DNA of 64,000 nucleotides from an uncultured archaeon (lineage in GTDB: Archaea > Asgardarchaeota > Lokiarchaeia > Sigyniarchaeales > SOKP01). A program made the position numbers and the translations under genes. Shown here piece after piece: positions 1 to 10,626 of this stretch (position 1 is the stretch's first letter; each line of letters begins with the position of its first letter). Where the stretch lies: the NCBI GenBank assembly GCA_964486045.1, contig CAZALK010000013.1, positions 108,879 through 172,878 of the forward strand. Reading direction: 5' to 3'. The notes under the pieces were generated by a model that searched no databases, had not been told where the DNA came from, and worked only from the letters and a program-made list of their open reading frames with translations.

Positions 1-425
1 AGGGGAATAAGTACTGCTTGATAGGGAATGAATATGCCAATGATAATTAAGAGAAATATAGTATTGGCTCCCCTGAACTTGACTTTGGTCAATGCATAAC
101 CCGTCATGGAACCTAAAATACAGGATAGAAGCGTGGCAGGTATTGTAAACATAAGACTATTTAAGATAGGTCCTCTCAATTCATTAAAGGCCGTTCCAAA
201 CGCGTCTAAGGTCGGTTTTACAGGTAGTTCTACTGGATTTGAATAAATTAAAGCCTCCTGTGTTTTTAAAGCAGTCATTATGGCACTCCAAAGAGGAAGG
301 AGAGTCATAAATACAAAAAATATAAGCAAAAAATAAAGGAATACTCGTTTAGGATTTGGTAATCTCTTTTTTTTTGAACCAATTTTATTGGGCTTACTTA
401 GATACTTTATCTCTTTCGTTTTCAT
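1..425 (-). CDS. Carbohydrate ABC transporter permease 2 (MalG-type), partial; runs off the window start
   Basis: Manual translation from ATG at 425-423, which overlaps the upstream TAA (TAATG): MKTKEIK...FMTLLPLWSAIMTALKT...ILNSLMFTIPATLLSCILGSMTGYALTKVKFRGAN...FIPYQAVLIP. Not in the ORF track. Confidence 0.88.
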   Translation of the reverse strand, partial: MKTKEIKYLSKPNKIGSKKKRLPNPKRVFLYFLLIFFVFMTLLPLWSAIMTALKTQEALIYSNPVELPVKPTLDAFGTAFNELRGPILNSLMFTIPATLLSCILGSMTGYALTKVKFRGANTIFLLIIIGIFIPYQAVLIP

Positions 426-1324
426 TATTTTTCCCTCCTATAAGTCGTGTATAAATATGGTATAACTACTACCATTATTAACAAGAATAGTATAGTGGCG
501 ATAGCGGACCCATAGGAAAAATGTTTCTTGCGAAAAACTTCCTTGTACATTGTTAGGGGTAAAATCTCTGTGGCGTATCCAGGACCTCCATTAGTTAAAA
601 TAAATATTAAATCAAATGCTTTAAGAGCAAATACAATGAGTAAAACAAATCCGGTAAAAATAGGAGCTTTTAATTGAGGGATTATAATACGATAATACAT
701 CTGAAATCCTGACGCACCATCCACTGCTGCAGCCATAGTGTGAGATTCGGGGATGGACCTTATCCCGGCTAGAAAAATTAACATCATATACCCTGAATAT
801 TGCCAAATGAGGACCACACAAACCCAAAACATAGCCCAATCTGGATCTTGGATCCAGATATTTCTAAAAAATCCAAGCCCTATTGACTCCAACAGGGTGT
901 TTAAAACTCCTCTGCTAACATTATACATCCACTTCCATAAAAATCCGGTAACCACGAAAGAAAGTGTAAAAGGTAGCAGGTAAATAAGTTTAAAAACATT
1001 TTCCTTCCTTACTTTTTGATCGAGCAGTATAGCTAAAAAAAGACCCATAATAAGGCTACCGGGCACAAAAATTAATATTAATACTACATTATTCCATAGG
1101 GAGGTTAAAAATATCTCGTTAGTAAATAAATCTTTATATTGGCCAAACCCTTTAAAATCATAGCTTGGCTTCAAGCCATCCCAATCAGAAAGAGATACAA
1201 CCACATTCCAGATAATGGCTATATAGACAAAAATTACTACAAGCACTATAGGTATTATAAGAAATAATATTGTAGATATCTTGTCCCTCGTTATGATCTT
1301 TTTGATAGACTTCATTTTTTTCAA
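425..1324 (-). CDS. Carbohydrate ABC transporter permease 1 (MalF-type)
   Basis: Multi-TM protein; EAA-like loop (AAAVDGAS); FDLIFILTNGGPG; YGSAIATILF; lies between the binding protein and the second permease. Confidence 0.92.
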   Translation of the reverse strand: MKKMKSIKKIITRDKISTILFLIIPIVLVVIFVYIAIIWNVVVSLSDWDGLKPSYDFKGFGQYKDLFTNEIFLTSLWNNVVLILIFVPGSLIMGLFLAILLDQKVRKENVFKLIYLLPFTLSFVVTGFLWKWMYNVSRGVLNTLLESIGLGFFRNIWIQDPDWAMFWVCVVLIWQYSGYMMLIFLAGIRSIPESHTMAAAVDGASGFQMYYRIIIPQLKAPIFTGFVLLIVFALKAFDLIFILTNGGPGYATEILPLTMYKEVFRKKHFSYGSAIATILFLLIMVVVIPYLYTTYRREK

Positions 1325-1528
1325 TGCTTCTAATTTTTTGGCATATTTTTTTTATACGATTGGCTAATTAAAAAACTACCTTTTTTTTATCCATTTGGAA
1401 GCCTAAATGGGAGATATATCTACAAACTGAGCAGATCTCGGTAGCCCAAATGAACTTTATTGATATTTAAAGATACTAAAAAAAAAAAAAATTTAAATTT
1501 TATTAATTTTTTTAACTGAGGTTTACAT

Positions 1529-2848
1529 TCACATTAGCGCCCAAACTGTAGTATAATCAGCTGCGTTATCGGATGCAAGGTTAGCTATTGCAGTTGCAGT
1601 TGCAGATTTAGTTGCAGGATCAGTACAGAATCCATTTATTACAGAATTTAATTCTGATGAGAAAGATTGAGGTGCGCCACTTCCATGAACTACGCTTGGG
1701 AACATATATGTTACAGAAGTGAAGTCAGCACCAGTCCAAGCATGATACGGTCCATATAAAGCAAGGTTGGAATCATTACGCGCAGATATCGAACCTTTTA
1801 AGGGATTAAAGGCGTCTTGACCTGCTTTAGAAGCAACAACCTCTAACCATCTATCTGAATTTCTTGGATGAGCAACACTTGCTGGATGTTGAAACGCATC
1901 AACAACAAGACCATACATGTCATTGGTTCCAGGCACTGCAATTGTTCCATAATCGACGTCATACGTTGAGTTAGCAACTAAGAACTCTCCGTTGGCCCAA
2001 TCACCCATAATATTAAATATGCTATCTCCCTGGATTAATAAATCGGTTGCTTGATCCCACCCTAAGGTATTAAAATCTGGGTTGGTAAAATTCATGAAAG
2101 TCTCCAAAGTATCTAAAGCGGCTAAAAGATCGGCGTTAGTTGCAGATATAATATCTCCATTTATCCAAGCCTCATAAACATCGATTCCTTGGCCTGCCAG
2201 GATTTGCTCGAAAAGATGTGCTTGTGTCCAAGCTTCTCCTAATGCTATAGCATCTTTACCAGGATTTGCTAGTTCGAAGGCAACACATGCTGCAAAAAAC
2301 TCTGCCCAAGTATCGATAAGTTTGGGATCAACAGCAATAGCTGTAAGTTCCGGTAAATTATACCATACTACATTAGACCTATGGATATTCACAGGCACCA
2401 TGTAATAGTCCCCACCGAACTGACTCATGCTTTGCACTACATCAGGGATGACAGCTTCAAGGTTATTATCGGCCCATATATCATTTATATTTTCTAAAAG
2501 ATCGGCCTCATAATACGCGATACCCTCGTATCCAGCGTGCATCTGGAAAGCATCTGGGGCTTCCCCTGCAAGTACTAAAGCTGTAATAATTGGAATCATT
2601 GTTGTCCCAGATCCACCTGCTACTGCCGATTGTATAACTACAGTATCAGGATATAAAGCTTCAAAAACATCTACTAACGCCCCAATTGCAGCGGCTTCTC
2701 CACCTGATGTCCACCAGTGGTATATTTCAAGTGCATCTGCTTCTTTTTCTGAGGGAGCCATAACAACAAAAGAAATGCCTGCTACTATTGCTGCAGTAGC
2801 TATTACAGCAATGATTACAAAAACAGCTGTTTGTTTTTTTGGATCCAT
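1529..2848 (-). CDS. Sugar ABC transporter substrate-binding protein (glucose/GtsA-like)
   Basis: N-terminal TM anchor; HWWTSGGEAAA, VPVNIHRSN, MGDWANGEF and FNPLKGSI motifs typical of glucose-binding SBPs. Confidence 0.9.
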   Translation of the reverse strand: MDPKKQTAVFVIIAVIATAAIVAGISFVVMAPSEKEADALEIYHWWTSGGEAAAIGALVDVFEALYPDTVVIQSAVAGGSGTTMIPIITALVLAGEAPDAFQMHAGYEGIAYYEADLLENINDIWADNNLEAVIPDVVQSMSQFGGDYYMVPVNIHRSNVVWYNLPELTAIAVDPKLIDTWAEFFAACVAFELANPGKDAIALGEAWTQAHLFEQILAGQGIDVYEAWINGDIISATNADLLAALDTLETFMNFTNPDFNTLGWDQATDLLIQGDSIFNIMGDWANGEFLVANSTYDVDYGTIAVPGTNDMYGLVVDAFQHPASVAHPRNSDRWLEVVASKAGQDAFNPLKGSISARNDSNLALYGPYHAWTGADFTSVTYMFPSVVHGSGAPQSFSSELNSVINGFCTDPATKSATATAIANLASDNAADYTTVWALM

Positions 2849-2896
2849 TTTATTTACCTATTTTTTATATTTAATTTGTTTTTCTATTAGATTTTT

Positions 2897-2957
2897 CCAA
2901 AATTATTAAGGATTTATACCCTAAATTATTAAGGACTAAAATCCTAAATTATTATTG
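2897..2957. promoter_or_regulatory. Three 23-bp-phased imperfect palindromes (consensus TCCTAAATTATTAAGGA), putative operator array of the sugar ABC operon
   Basis: Copies start at 2897, 2920 and 2943. They lie between a minus-strand TATA-like TTAAATA (~2968-2974) and the SBP ATG at 2848. Confidence 0.6.
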
Positions 2958-3049
2958 TTTTCCAAACTATTTAAGACTTTTTACACAAAAGCACAACAAA
3001 AAAATTAGTTAACATCAATAGAAGACTTGTAATTTCAAATTTAATTGGG

Positions 3050-3741
3050 ATGTTAATAATAACGATTATCATAATGAAAAATGTAAAAATTCTCTACATT
3101 TTGCCTTACACTATTTATAAAATCTCAGTAAGAGACCACAAGGGAAATCCTCTATATGATCATGACTGGTCAGAGTCAAGTATAAGTGAGACTGTTTTTT
3201 CTGGATTTCTTAATGCAATTGAGATGATGAGTGAAGAAATAATGCATATGGGGGGATCCTTGAAATAAATCTAAATAAAGGAATTCTTTTTGTGAATAGA
3301 TCTAAGCATATTACAATAGGATTAGTTGCATCTAAAGCATTTATAGTATTAAGAGATTGAGTGATTAATTTTGCAAATGATTTTGAAAATAAATTTGAAA
3401 GACTTCTTAAAAAATCCTGTATTGATATGAATGATTATAAGCCTGCTTATGAGTTAATAAATAAATACTTCTCAAATATTCCTTATCGTATTATTAAGAG
3501 TAAAAACCAGGTTCTAACATTATCATATAAATATAATAACATCCCAAAACAAATTAAAAACAAATTTAAAGACATTTTTGATAAAGTGGATGAATATGAA
3601 AATGTATTAAATGAATTAATCATACCTCCTTATTCAGATCCTTCTGAATTTTTTGATCTATTTGAAGAATTAAAACTTGAAATTGATGAACTAGATTTAA
3701 AAGACTCAAAACAACAAGATAAAAAAATTTACTTAGAATAA
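3050..3741 (+). pseudogene. Disrupted longin-like domain protein (C-terminal part of a membrane-longin gene)
   Basis: 3050..3268 and 3361..3741 join if one G is added to the G-run at 3250-3255 (MGG-ILEINLNKGILFVNRSKHITIGLVASK). An in-frame TGA remains at 3358-3360. Longin-like motifs VFSGFLNAI and NFANDFENKF. Confidence 0.65.
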
Positions 3742-3984
3742 TCCAAAAAAATCACCATTTATTAAAAAGATAGTTTCACACAGTTGTATCCTTTAATCCT
3801 TCCAGTAATTATTATATGGATAATTCTATCTTAGGTGTGTTTTATTCCATTAAATTTCCTTATATTGGGAGCGTTAAAAAAACGAAAGATAAGTAAATAT
3901 TGATTATTTTTAAATTCTGTCATACAAATTATTAAATTCTTTTATTTCACTTTTTAATTATTAAGATTGTTTTTAGAGATAATA

Positions 3985-4374
3985 ATGAAGATTGAACATA
4001 TTGCCATTTGGACAAGAAATATAGAAGAACTTAAGTTATTTTATGAAAAATATTTTAAAGCAAAATCTACCCAAAAGTATATCAATAAAAACAAGCAATT
4101 TGAATCTTATTTTTTAAAATTTGATTCTGGGGCAAGACTTGAGTTGATGAGTATGACCTCAATTCCAGAATCCAAAAATGACGTGTTTGTCCAGTTTACT
4201 GGTTTAATTCATATTGCCATCTCAACAAGCACGAAAGAAAGAGTTGATGCATTGACACGGCAATTAAAAAATGATGGTTTTCAAATTTTGGATGCTCCCC
4301 GAAAAACTGGAGATGGTTATTATGAAAGTATCGTGTTAGATCCAGATGGAAATAGAATTGAAATTACTATTTAA
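3985..4374 (+). CDS. VOC family glyoxalase / lactoylglutathione lyase-like protein
   Basis: MKIEHIAIW, RLELM, HIAIS, PRKTGDGYYES and DPDGNRIEIT motifs. Confidence 0.9.
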   Translation: MKIEHIAIWTRNIEELKLFYEKYFKAKSTQKYINKNKQFESYFLKFDSGARLELMSMTSIPESKNDVFVQFTGLIHIAISTSTKERVDALTRQLKNDGFQILDAPRKTGDGYYESIVLDPDGNRIEITI

Positions 4375-4536
4375 AATTCTCCCTTCAATAATCTCATTTT
4401 AACCTTTATCAAATTGTAGTATGATACACATAAAAAAATAATATTAATAATAATCATTATTATATTAAACTTATAATAATAAGAATTTTCAAAATTATAT
4501 GAAATATTTCAAGTTTAGGATTACTTAAAAATAAAT

Positions 4537-4915
4537 TTGAGAAAAATATCAACCTCAATTACTCCATTAATTAATGAGACAACAAATCCACCGATTCATA
4601 CTTGGGACGAGATTGAATCGATTATATCTAACTGGTTTGAAAAAAACAACATTCATTTTGAGATTAAGTACCAATTAAAAATTTTAGATGCACACAAATT
4701 TTACGATACATTGCCTCTATGGAATGATTTTAAAAAAAATGCTAAATATTCCTAATTTAAAAATAAAATGTATTACGTTTAATCATGAGCAATCTTGGGA
4801 ATTTTCACATTCAATCCTTAATACCTATGTTAAAGAGATAATTAAGAAGATACAAAAATTTAATCCTAGTGTTAGGATGGAGTGGAATCAATATATAATA
4901 ATTTTATTGACATAA
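4537..4915 (+). pseudogene. Gene remnant split by a frameshift near the A-run at ~4732-4739; product unknown
   Basis: Two overlapping short ORFs (4537..4755, 4688..4915) switch frame at a homopolymer; no convincing start. Confidence 0.35.
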
Positions 4916-5063
4916 GTATTAGGTTTTAAAATTTTACTTAATTTCTAATTCTTATTAATTAACATCTATTCTCTTCTTATTTTTTATAAAAAATTAGTGA
5001 TTAAACTCATTAAAAAAACTTCGAATAGCAAGAAATATTTCATTTTTACTATATTCTTTAAAA

Positions 5064-5954
5064 TCATAAACCCTCTAATAATTTTGAGAAATCTGGTTCT
5101 TTAAATATTTCGTTGTATTTTTTTATCAGCTCGATATTGACTAAGTGAATTTTTCCTGATTCTCTTTTTATTAATTTAACTAAATTAAGGTCTTTCATCT
5201 TTTTAATGTGATATTGAAGGGTTCCCGCATATATATCAAGGTTTTCTCCGATTTTTGAGATGGAAATGGATTCATCCTTAAAAATTTCTTCAATTATTTT
5301 CGGGATAAGCGAATTTATAAGAATTACTTTGACTTTATCTAAATCTTCTGGAACATCTCTGAGAAAGTAATGTAGTGTCTTGCCTATTTTTTTTGATCTT
5401 ATGAGCTTAAACCGTTCTAATGTCATTATATGTTTTAAAAAAGGTGTTCGGGTTATCTTTAATACCCTTTCAATTTTTTCGTCTCTCGCATGGATTCCCG
5501 GATTATTTTTAATAAAATCTAGGATAGAAACAAGCTTTTCATTAGTAAGTATTTCTAACTTCGTTCTTCTTTCTTGAGTCACTATATAAGATTTAGTCTC
5601 TAGACTTCGAATAGCGAGAAAAATTTCTTCTTTACTATATCCTTTTTTATAAGATAATTTTGCGATACATTTAGCATATAACTTCTCTATTATGGGGTAT
5701 TTTTGAATTTGACCCTCAGATTCAATTTCAAATTCAGCATCATAACGCTTTAATTTTAGAATATTTTTAGCAATATCTAGAACATCTTTTTCTATTTCAG
5801 TTAGTTCCTCGATAATTTCCTCTTTTTTTAATTTTGTCCTTTCTAATTCCGTTGTTTCCTGCAAAGGACTAAAATCTAAACGTCTAAATGAACTTTCCTC
5901 TAACTTCTCCTTTTTATTTGGCTTCTTGACTTCTCTTCTTCTTTCGAGCGACAT
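5064..5954 (-). CDS. Winged-helix DNA-binding protein with tandem wHTH domains
   Basis: ILDFIKNNPGIH...KHIMTLERFKLIRSKKIG and ISKIGENL...LQYHIKKMKDLNLV. Confidence 0.75.
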   Translation of the reverse strand: MSLERRREVKKPNKKEKLEESSFRRLDFSPLQETTELERTKLKKEEIIEELTEIEKDVLDIAKNILKLKRYDAEFEIESEGQIQKYPIIEKLYAKCIAKLSYKKGYSKEEIFLAIRSLETKSYIVTQERRTKLEILTNEKLVSILDFIKNNPGIHARDEKIERVLKITRTPFLKHIMTLERFKLIRSKKIGKTLHYFLRDVPEDLDKVKVILINSLIPKIIEEIFKDESISISKIGENLDIYAGTLQYHIKKMKDLNLVKLIKRESGKIHLVNIELIKKYNEIFKEPDFSKLLEGL

Positions 5955-5955
5955 T

Positions 5956-7551
5956 CTAAGCGTTTTCCTCTAAGAATTGAACAAATTTTAATTGTTCTTC
6001 AACATCCATTTGCCTTAATTGCTCTACAATTTTATCTATATGTTTGGTGCTAACGTTTGAAAGTTTTTTTATTCTCTCTATTAACTTTTTAGGTATTTCT
6101 TTATATAAATCGACTAATACTTCAATGTACTTTATTTGTTCTTCTTTTGTTAGGAATGCTAGCTCTTCTAATAACTCTCTCTTTTCTTTTTTGGAGATTT
6201 TTAAATTTTTAATTTGTTCTCTTAAATCTTTTGATAAGACTGCAAAGATTTTTGAAAAATATTCTTTAACTAACTTCTTATCTTTTTCATCTTTTACAGG
6301 TAAAAGTGATTCATGGAGTCTTAAATCAATCTTCTCTCCATTCTTCTCCTCCTCTCGTTTTTCTAATATCTCTTCTAAAGATTCAATTTTTTCCAGCTTT
6401 TCTCCAAGTCTTTTCTCTTCTATAGGTGTTAAATCTTTTTCTTTAGGTGTGGTAACAGTAGGTGGGGGTCTCATGGGTGACTCATCTATTAATTTTTCTT
6501 TTTCCTCGCCTCCACTCTTTAATGTTTGTTCTATTAATTTATAAGTTTGAGGAGTATATTCGGTTTTTTGTTCTGATGGTATAAATTGGGGTTTTTCTGA
6601 GGATTTGCCAAGAAAAAGGAAAAATAATAGAACTCCTTTTAACAATATAAATATCCCTGCGGCATAGAAAAGTGAACCTATTACACCAATGATTACCACT
6701 CTTATTGAATCGCTAAGATCGAACTTTTGTTTGATCTCAATAAGCGATTTTGATCGTTTATCTATACTTAAGGCTACTAAAGAAATGATTAATAATATCG
6801 CATAAACTAGCAAAACTATAGGTAATTCGAAGTAACCGGGGAATGTAATTGGAATGGGAATGGATCCTGCTGCTGGAAGATAAACCCCCTCATCATATGC
6901 TCTAAAAATACCCATAAGGATGATTACAAACCCTGCTTTGCTAGAAAAATAACTAATCGAATTTTTTGCTAATAGACCATAATCATAAGCTTTAAGATTT
7001 TTATCCTTTTGATTCTCATGATTAACTAATATATATATTATAATAAAAACACCTTTAATCAATACAAGAACTCCAAGTCCATACAAAACACACCCCAAAA
7101 TCCCCCAACATAAAGAATCTAAAAAGATTTCGTTATATTTTTTTTCCTTTATCTTTGGGGCAATATATGCTCCATCATAGATTAAAAGAGAAAGTCCAAT
7201 CAAACCTTGTAACAACCGGTTAAAAAGAATGAATCCCCAACTATCTAAATTAAATGCTATTTCAGCAATTAACCCAAATGAAATAACTGTGAAGAAAAAT
7301 AAAGGGAGATATGAAATTTTATTTAAAAATTGAATCAGTTTATCTAGATTCGAAGAATCTTTTACAGATAAACCTAGGGTTCTATTAAATTTTCTCGTAA
7401 TAGGAGTTGGTGCAGGCTTGAATTTTACACCCTCCAAATTAAATGGAGAACCACATCTTTCACAAAATACTTGAACATTATTATCTATTAAACCTGAAAG
7501 TTCCCTAGGGAACTCATACTTACACTCTCTACAAACATAAGTCTTTGGCAT
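5956..7551 (-). CDS. Zn-ribbon, multi-pass membrane protein with helical C-terminal repeats
   Basis: N-terminal CxxC...CxxC; two internally similar TM blocks; low-complexity linker; repeated EEQ(I/L)K(Y/F) helices. Confidence 0.75.
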   Translation of the reverse strand: MPKTYVCRECKYEFPRELSGLIDNNVQVFCERCGSPFNLEGVKFKPAPTPITRKFNRTLGLSVKDSSNLDKLIQFLNKISYLPLFFFTVISFGLIAEIAFNLDSWGFILFNRLLQGLIGLSLLIYDGAYIAPKIKEKKYNEIFLDSLCWGILGCVLYGLGVLVLIKGVFIIIYILVNHENQKDKNLKAYDYGLLAKNSISYFSSKAGFVIILMGIFRAYDEGVYLPAAGSIPIPITFPGYFELPIVLLVYAILLIISLVALSIDKRSKSLIEIKQKFDLSDSIRVVIIGVIGSLFYAAGIFILLKGVLLFFLFLGKSSEKPQFIPSEQKTEYTPQTYKLIEQTLKSGGEEKEKLIDESPMRPPPTVTTPKEKDLTPIEEKRLGEKLEKIESLEEILEKREEEKNGEKIDLRLHESLLPVKDEKDKKLVKEYFSKIFAVLSKDLREQIKNLKISKKEKRELLEELAFLTKEEQIKYIEVLVDLYKEIPKKLIERIKKLSNVSTKHIDKIVEQLRQMDVEEQLKFVQFLEENA

Positions 7552-7644
7552 GCTTCTAAATTACACCTTAGTATTTATATTTTAATTTGATTCCTTTAAT
7601 TTTTTTTTAAAATTTTTACTATTGGAAAAATGTTAAGAAAAATG

Positions 7645-8121
7645 TTAATGGTTTGAAACCAAAGGTGTTTGATATTCAACTACCTTTAAAGCTTTTCCAC
7701 AGTAAACACAATAAACAATGCTATCTGAAAACATTTTATTTATCATCTTTTCTGATAATCTTTTACCACATTCACCACAATATAAAACTGTATTATTTAC
7801 TTCGATATTTGTCTTAGGAATATTATTTTGTGGTTGATCTTTTGTCCATTTACCTCCTGAGACTAAATTATATAGTCCTTCGCTTAATTTGAAAAACAAA
7901 AGACCGATTCCCTTGAGGAGATAATAAATACCCTTAAGTACATAATAAGTCAAGTACGCTATACCTTTTATAATATAAAATGCAATTGTTATTAATAAAG
8001 TTAGAAGCACAATAACTCCCACAATAATTAATACCTGCCCATAGATTGGTTGTACTAAATACCAATCAAGGAACTCATTATACCATGTATCCAAATTATC
8101 TACAATATCTCTCCAATTCAT
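7645..8121 (-). CDS. Membrane protein with C-terminal Zn ribbon
   Basis: TM helix, amphipathic KGI repeats, CGECG...CVYCG. Confidence 0.7.
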   Translation of the reverse strand: MNWRDIVDNLDTWYNEFLDWYLVQPIYGQVLIIVGVIVLLTLLITIAFYIIKGIAYLTYYVLKGIYYLLKGIGLLFFKLSEGLYNLVSGGKWTKDQPQNNIPKTNIEVNNTVLYCGECGKRLSEKMINKMFSDSIVYCVYCGKALKVVEYQTPLVSNH

Positions 8122-8224
8122 TTTTATAACCTTCTTTTATTTATTTTTAATTCTAAATTGTAAATATTTAAGGTTGATTTTAAAAAATTTGGAGTCCAAT
8201 GTTTATGAATTTTGAGTCGAAATT

Positions 8225-8743
8225 CTACAATTTTTGAGGATTTAATATGAGTTCTTGCCAATTTATTGATTTAACAGTACTTTTTAGTCTATGATCGTCA
8301 TCAACTATTCTGTACTTTAAGTCATTAAAAAATATCTTTGCCCTTTCTCGAGCCATTTTATATCGAACAACTTTATCATTTTTTCCATGGTAAACTATAA
8401 CTGGAATATCAATAGGTTTATACAGATGTGGTTTAAGTTTACGAGATACCAAAAAAGGTGCTAAAAGAACTAATTGGCATACTCTATTAGGATTTTGCAA
8501 TGCATACAATACGCTCATAAGCCCTCCAAAGCTAGATCCAATAATTACCCAATTTTTTTTTTTATTATTCAAAATAGAGTTCAATTCCGCCATCCTATAT
8601 TCTAACAATTTATACATAGGAATATCTTCATTGGATTTCTTAAAATCAGGAGTGAGAATATTTGGGAAAACACTTTTTAGGAATTTACCTTTAAACCCAT
8701 GACCTGAACTTTCAAATCCGTGAACAAAAATAATATTATGCAT
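8225..8743 (-). CDS. Alpha/beta hydrolase (YqiA/UPF0227-like esterase)
   Basis: HGFES, GSSFGG nucleophile elbow, HGKNDKVV, DDDH. Confidence 0.85.
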   Translation of the reverse strand: MHNIIFVHGFESSGHGFKGKFLKSVFPNILTPDFKKSNEDIPMYKLLEYRMAELNSILNNKKKNWVIIGSSFGGLMSVLYALQNPNRVCQLVLLAPFLVSRKLKPHLYKPIDIPVIVYHGKNDKVVRYKMARERAKIFFNDLKYRIVDDDHRLKSTVKSINWQELILNPQKL

Positions 8744-8785
8744 GAAATATGACTCTTAGGGAATCTTTTTTGATTCAATTTTCAA

Positions 8786-9853
8786 TTATTCAACTTCATC
8801 CTTCAAATGATAACTATAATCTTCCTCCCTGTACAATTTCAGTGCTTTCTTCTGACCAAAATAAACCAAGCCAAAAAACACTCCAAAGTATATAACAAGG
8901 ATTAACATTGTGTAAAAATAATATTTATAAGTAAAACCCATAATGAAGAGAGCTGAACCAAGAACAAAACCAGTTAACAATCTGGTCGCAGTGGTGCTTT
9001 TTCTGAATAAGAGTCTTTGTGTACCCCAATCAATAATCCCAGGTATGGGTAGAATTATTATCAAAATAATTGCGACTTCTGGGCTAATCTCAGTCTTAAA
9101 GATTACCTCTATTAGATTAAAAACAAACATTGAGAATAAACCCCCAAGTACTACGCCTGAACATCTTGAACAAAAATATATCTTTGTTCTCCCAAATTTT
9201 AAGTAAAATGTGTGATCAGAATCGGAAGCTGGATGATGTGTCAAAAATATGTAATATAAATGCTTTTCACTGGCAGCAAAAGCTTTATCATATAACACTA
9301 ACAGTAGTGGAATTATAAAGACAATTGATAAAAGAGCTTGGGAAAAAAATTTAAATCCATAATTGATGACCAATATATCTAAAGCAAATTGACCCGGATA
9401 AAATAATGCTTGAAGACTGATTATAACACCTGTTATTATAAATGAACTAATAATTAAAACGACAAATGTATAATATACTTTAATACTCTCAGAATATTTT
9501 GATGGCTTATACTTGTATAAGCCTGTTAAAAGTCCTATCAGTGCAACTATTAGGCACCATTCAATGTAAATTTGGTTATAAAAGGCTAACTGATAGAGAA
9601 ATTCGGCAATGAAACCATTTATCAAACCATGAATTGGACCCGCCAAAACTGAGAAGAATGTAAAAATCAATAAGGTGACACCAAAGACAAGGGTAAATTC
9701 TTGACCGTTAATCACGAAAATTGAAGAAACCGAACCAAAGGTCTCAGCTGTATAGATATAGGAGATAATGATAAACATGCTAATTAGTAGATTCAAAAAA
9801 ATTAAGCGTAAATAATTTTTTCTCTCTACATCTTGATTTGAAACTTCATTCAA
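8786..9853 (-). CDS. Membrane protein: ECF S-component-like N-half fused to DUF2085-like C-half
   Basis: LAGPIHGLINGFIAEFL (S-component-like); THHP...FCSRCSG...IDWGTQ...RLLTG (DUF2085-like). Confidence 0.6.
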   Translation of the reverse strand: MNEVSNQDVERKNYLRLIFLNLLISMFIIISYIYTAETFGSVSSIFVINGQEFTLVFGVTLLIFTFFSVLAGPIHGLINGFIAEFLYQLAFYNQIYIEWCLIVALIGLLTGLYKYKPSKYSESIKVYYTFVVLIISSFIITGVIISLQALFYPGQFALDILVINYGFKFFSQALLSIVFIIPLLLVLYDKAFAASEKHLYYIFLTHHPASDSDHTFYLKFGRTKIYFCSRCSGVVLGGLFSMFVFNLIEVIFKTEISPEVAIILIIILPIPGIIDWGTQRLLFRKSTTATRLLTGFVLGSALFIMGFTYKYYFYTMLILVIYFGVFFGLVYFGQKKALKLYREEDYSYHLKDEVE

Positions 9854-9902
9854 TGTAATTGATTACACTCTTTATATTTTAAGCTTTCAACTTAAAGTCT
9901 TA

Positions 9903-10562
9903 TTAGTTAAAGGTATTATCAAGTTCTTCTATTAACTGTTTTTTAGTTAACTCAAAAGCTTTTCTGAGGACAGTTAAAATAATCTTTTTGGCAAATTTTG
10001 GCACTTTTAAAATAGTATCATCATTTTCCACCATTGAAATTCCCTCTTCATTATAATCCAATTGACGCTTCAAAGCTTGATATGCCTTTTCTCTTGTTTT
10101 AAACGCTGCTCTTGATAATTCCGGATAATTTTTAATATCTTCATTAACTTTCAAAAATAATACACTTTCTTCCACTTGTGTTATAAAACTTTGTTTTGTA
10201 ACTTCCTTCAAAGCTTTATAATTATGATGATCCTTTTTACATTGACGATCGGTCTGATCATTTATCAAATATGTTGGAAAGTTTCTGTTAATAATATTAT
10301 CGAATTGGTCTTTTGAGATCTCTCCATTTGTAATTAATTCTCTGGCAGAATTGAGAGTCACTCGTATTTGTTCTAGTGTTCCTACACGGGCATCTTTATC
10401 AGACCAATATTTATAAAAAGATTTAACAATCGGCTTGACAACAAAATTTAAAGGTCCATCTAGTTCTGAATCAAGTATATCCCTTCCAAAATTAAGGGAA
10501 ATATCCATTTGCTCAATCATTCTTCCTTCTAAGATCTTATAATTTCTCTCGATGCCTTCCAT
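9903..10562 (-). CDS. Hypothetical all-helical protein, paralog of 10627..11292
   Basis: ATG at 10562 with GGAG SD; aligns by eye with its neighbour over the full length. Confidence 0.75.
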   Translation of the reverse strand: MEGIERNYKILEGRMIEQMDISLNFGRDILDSELDGPLNFVVKPIVKSFYKYWSDKDARVGTLEQIRVTLNSARELITNGEISKDQFDNIINRNFPTYLINDQTDRQCKKDHHNYKALKEVTKQSFITQVEESVLFLKVNEDIKNYPELSRAAFKTREKAYQALKRQLDYNEEGISMVENDDTILKVPKFAKKIILTVLRKAFELTKKQLIEELDNTFN

Positions 10563-10626
10563 GTTAGTTTCTCCAAAAAACAATTTGAGATTAAATAAAT
10601 GAGTTCTTCATGAGTTTAATTTTTTA

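Noticed and set aside
2897-2957. Mini-CRISPR array
   Set aside because: The 23-bp period leaves only ~7-nt spacers; no cas genes.
3358-3360. In-frame TGA in the longin-like gene as Sec
   Set aside because: The same gene is also frameshifted and 5'-truncated; a pseudogene is the simpler explanation.
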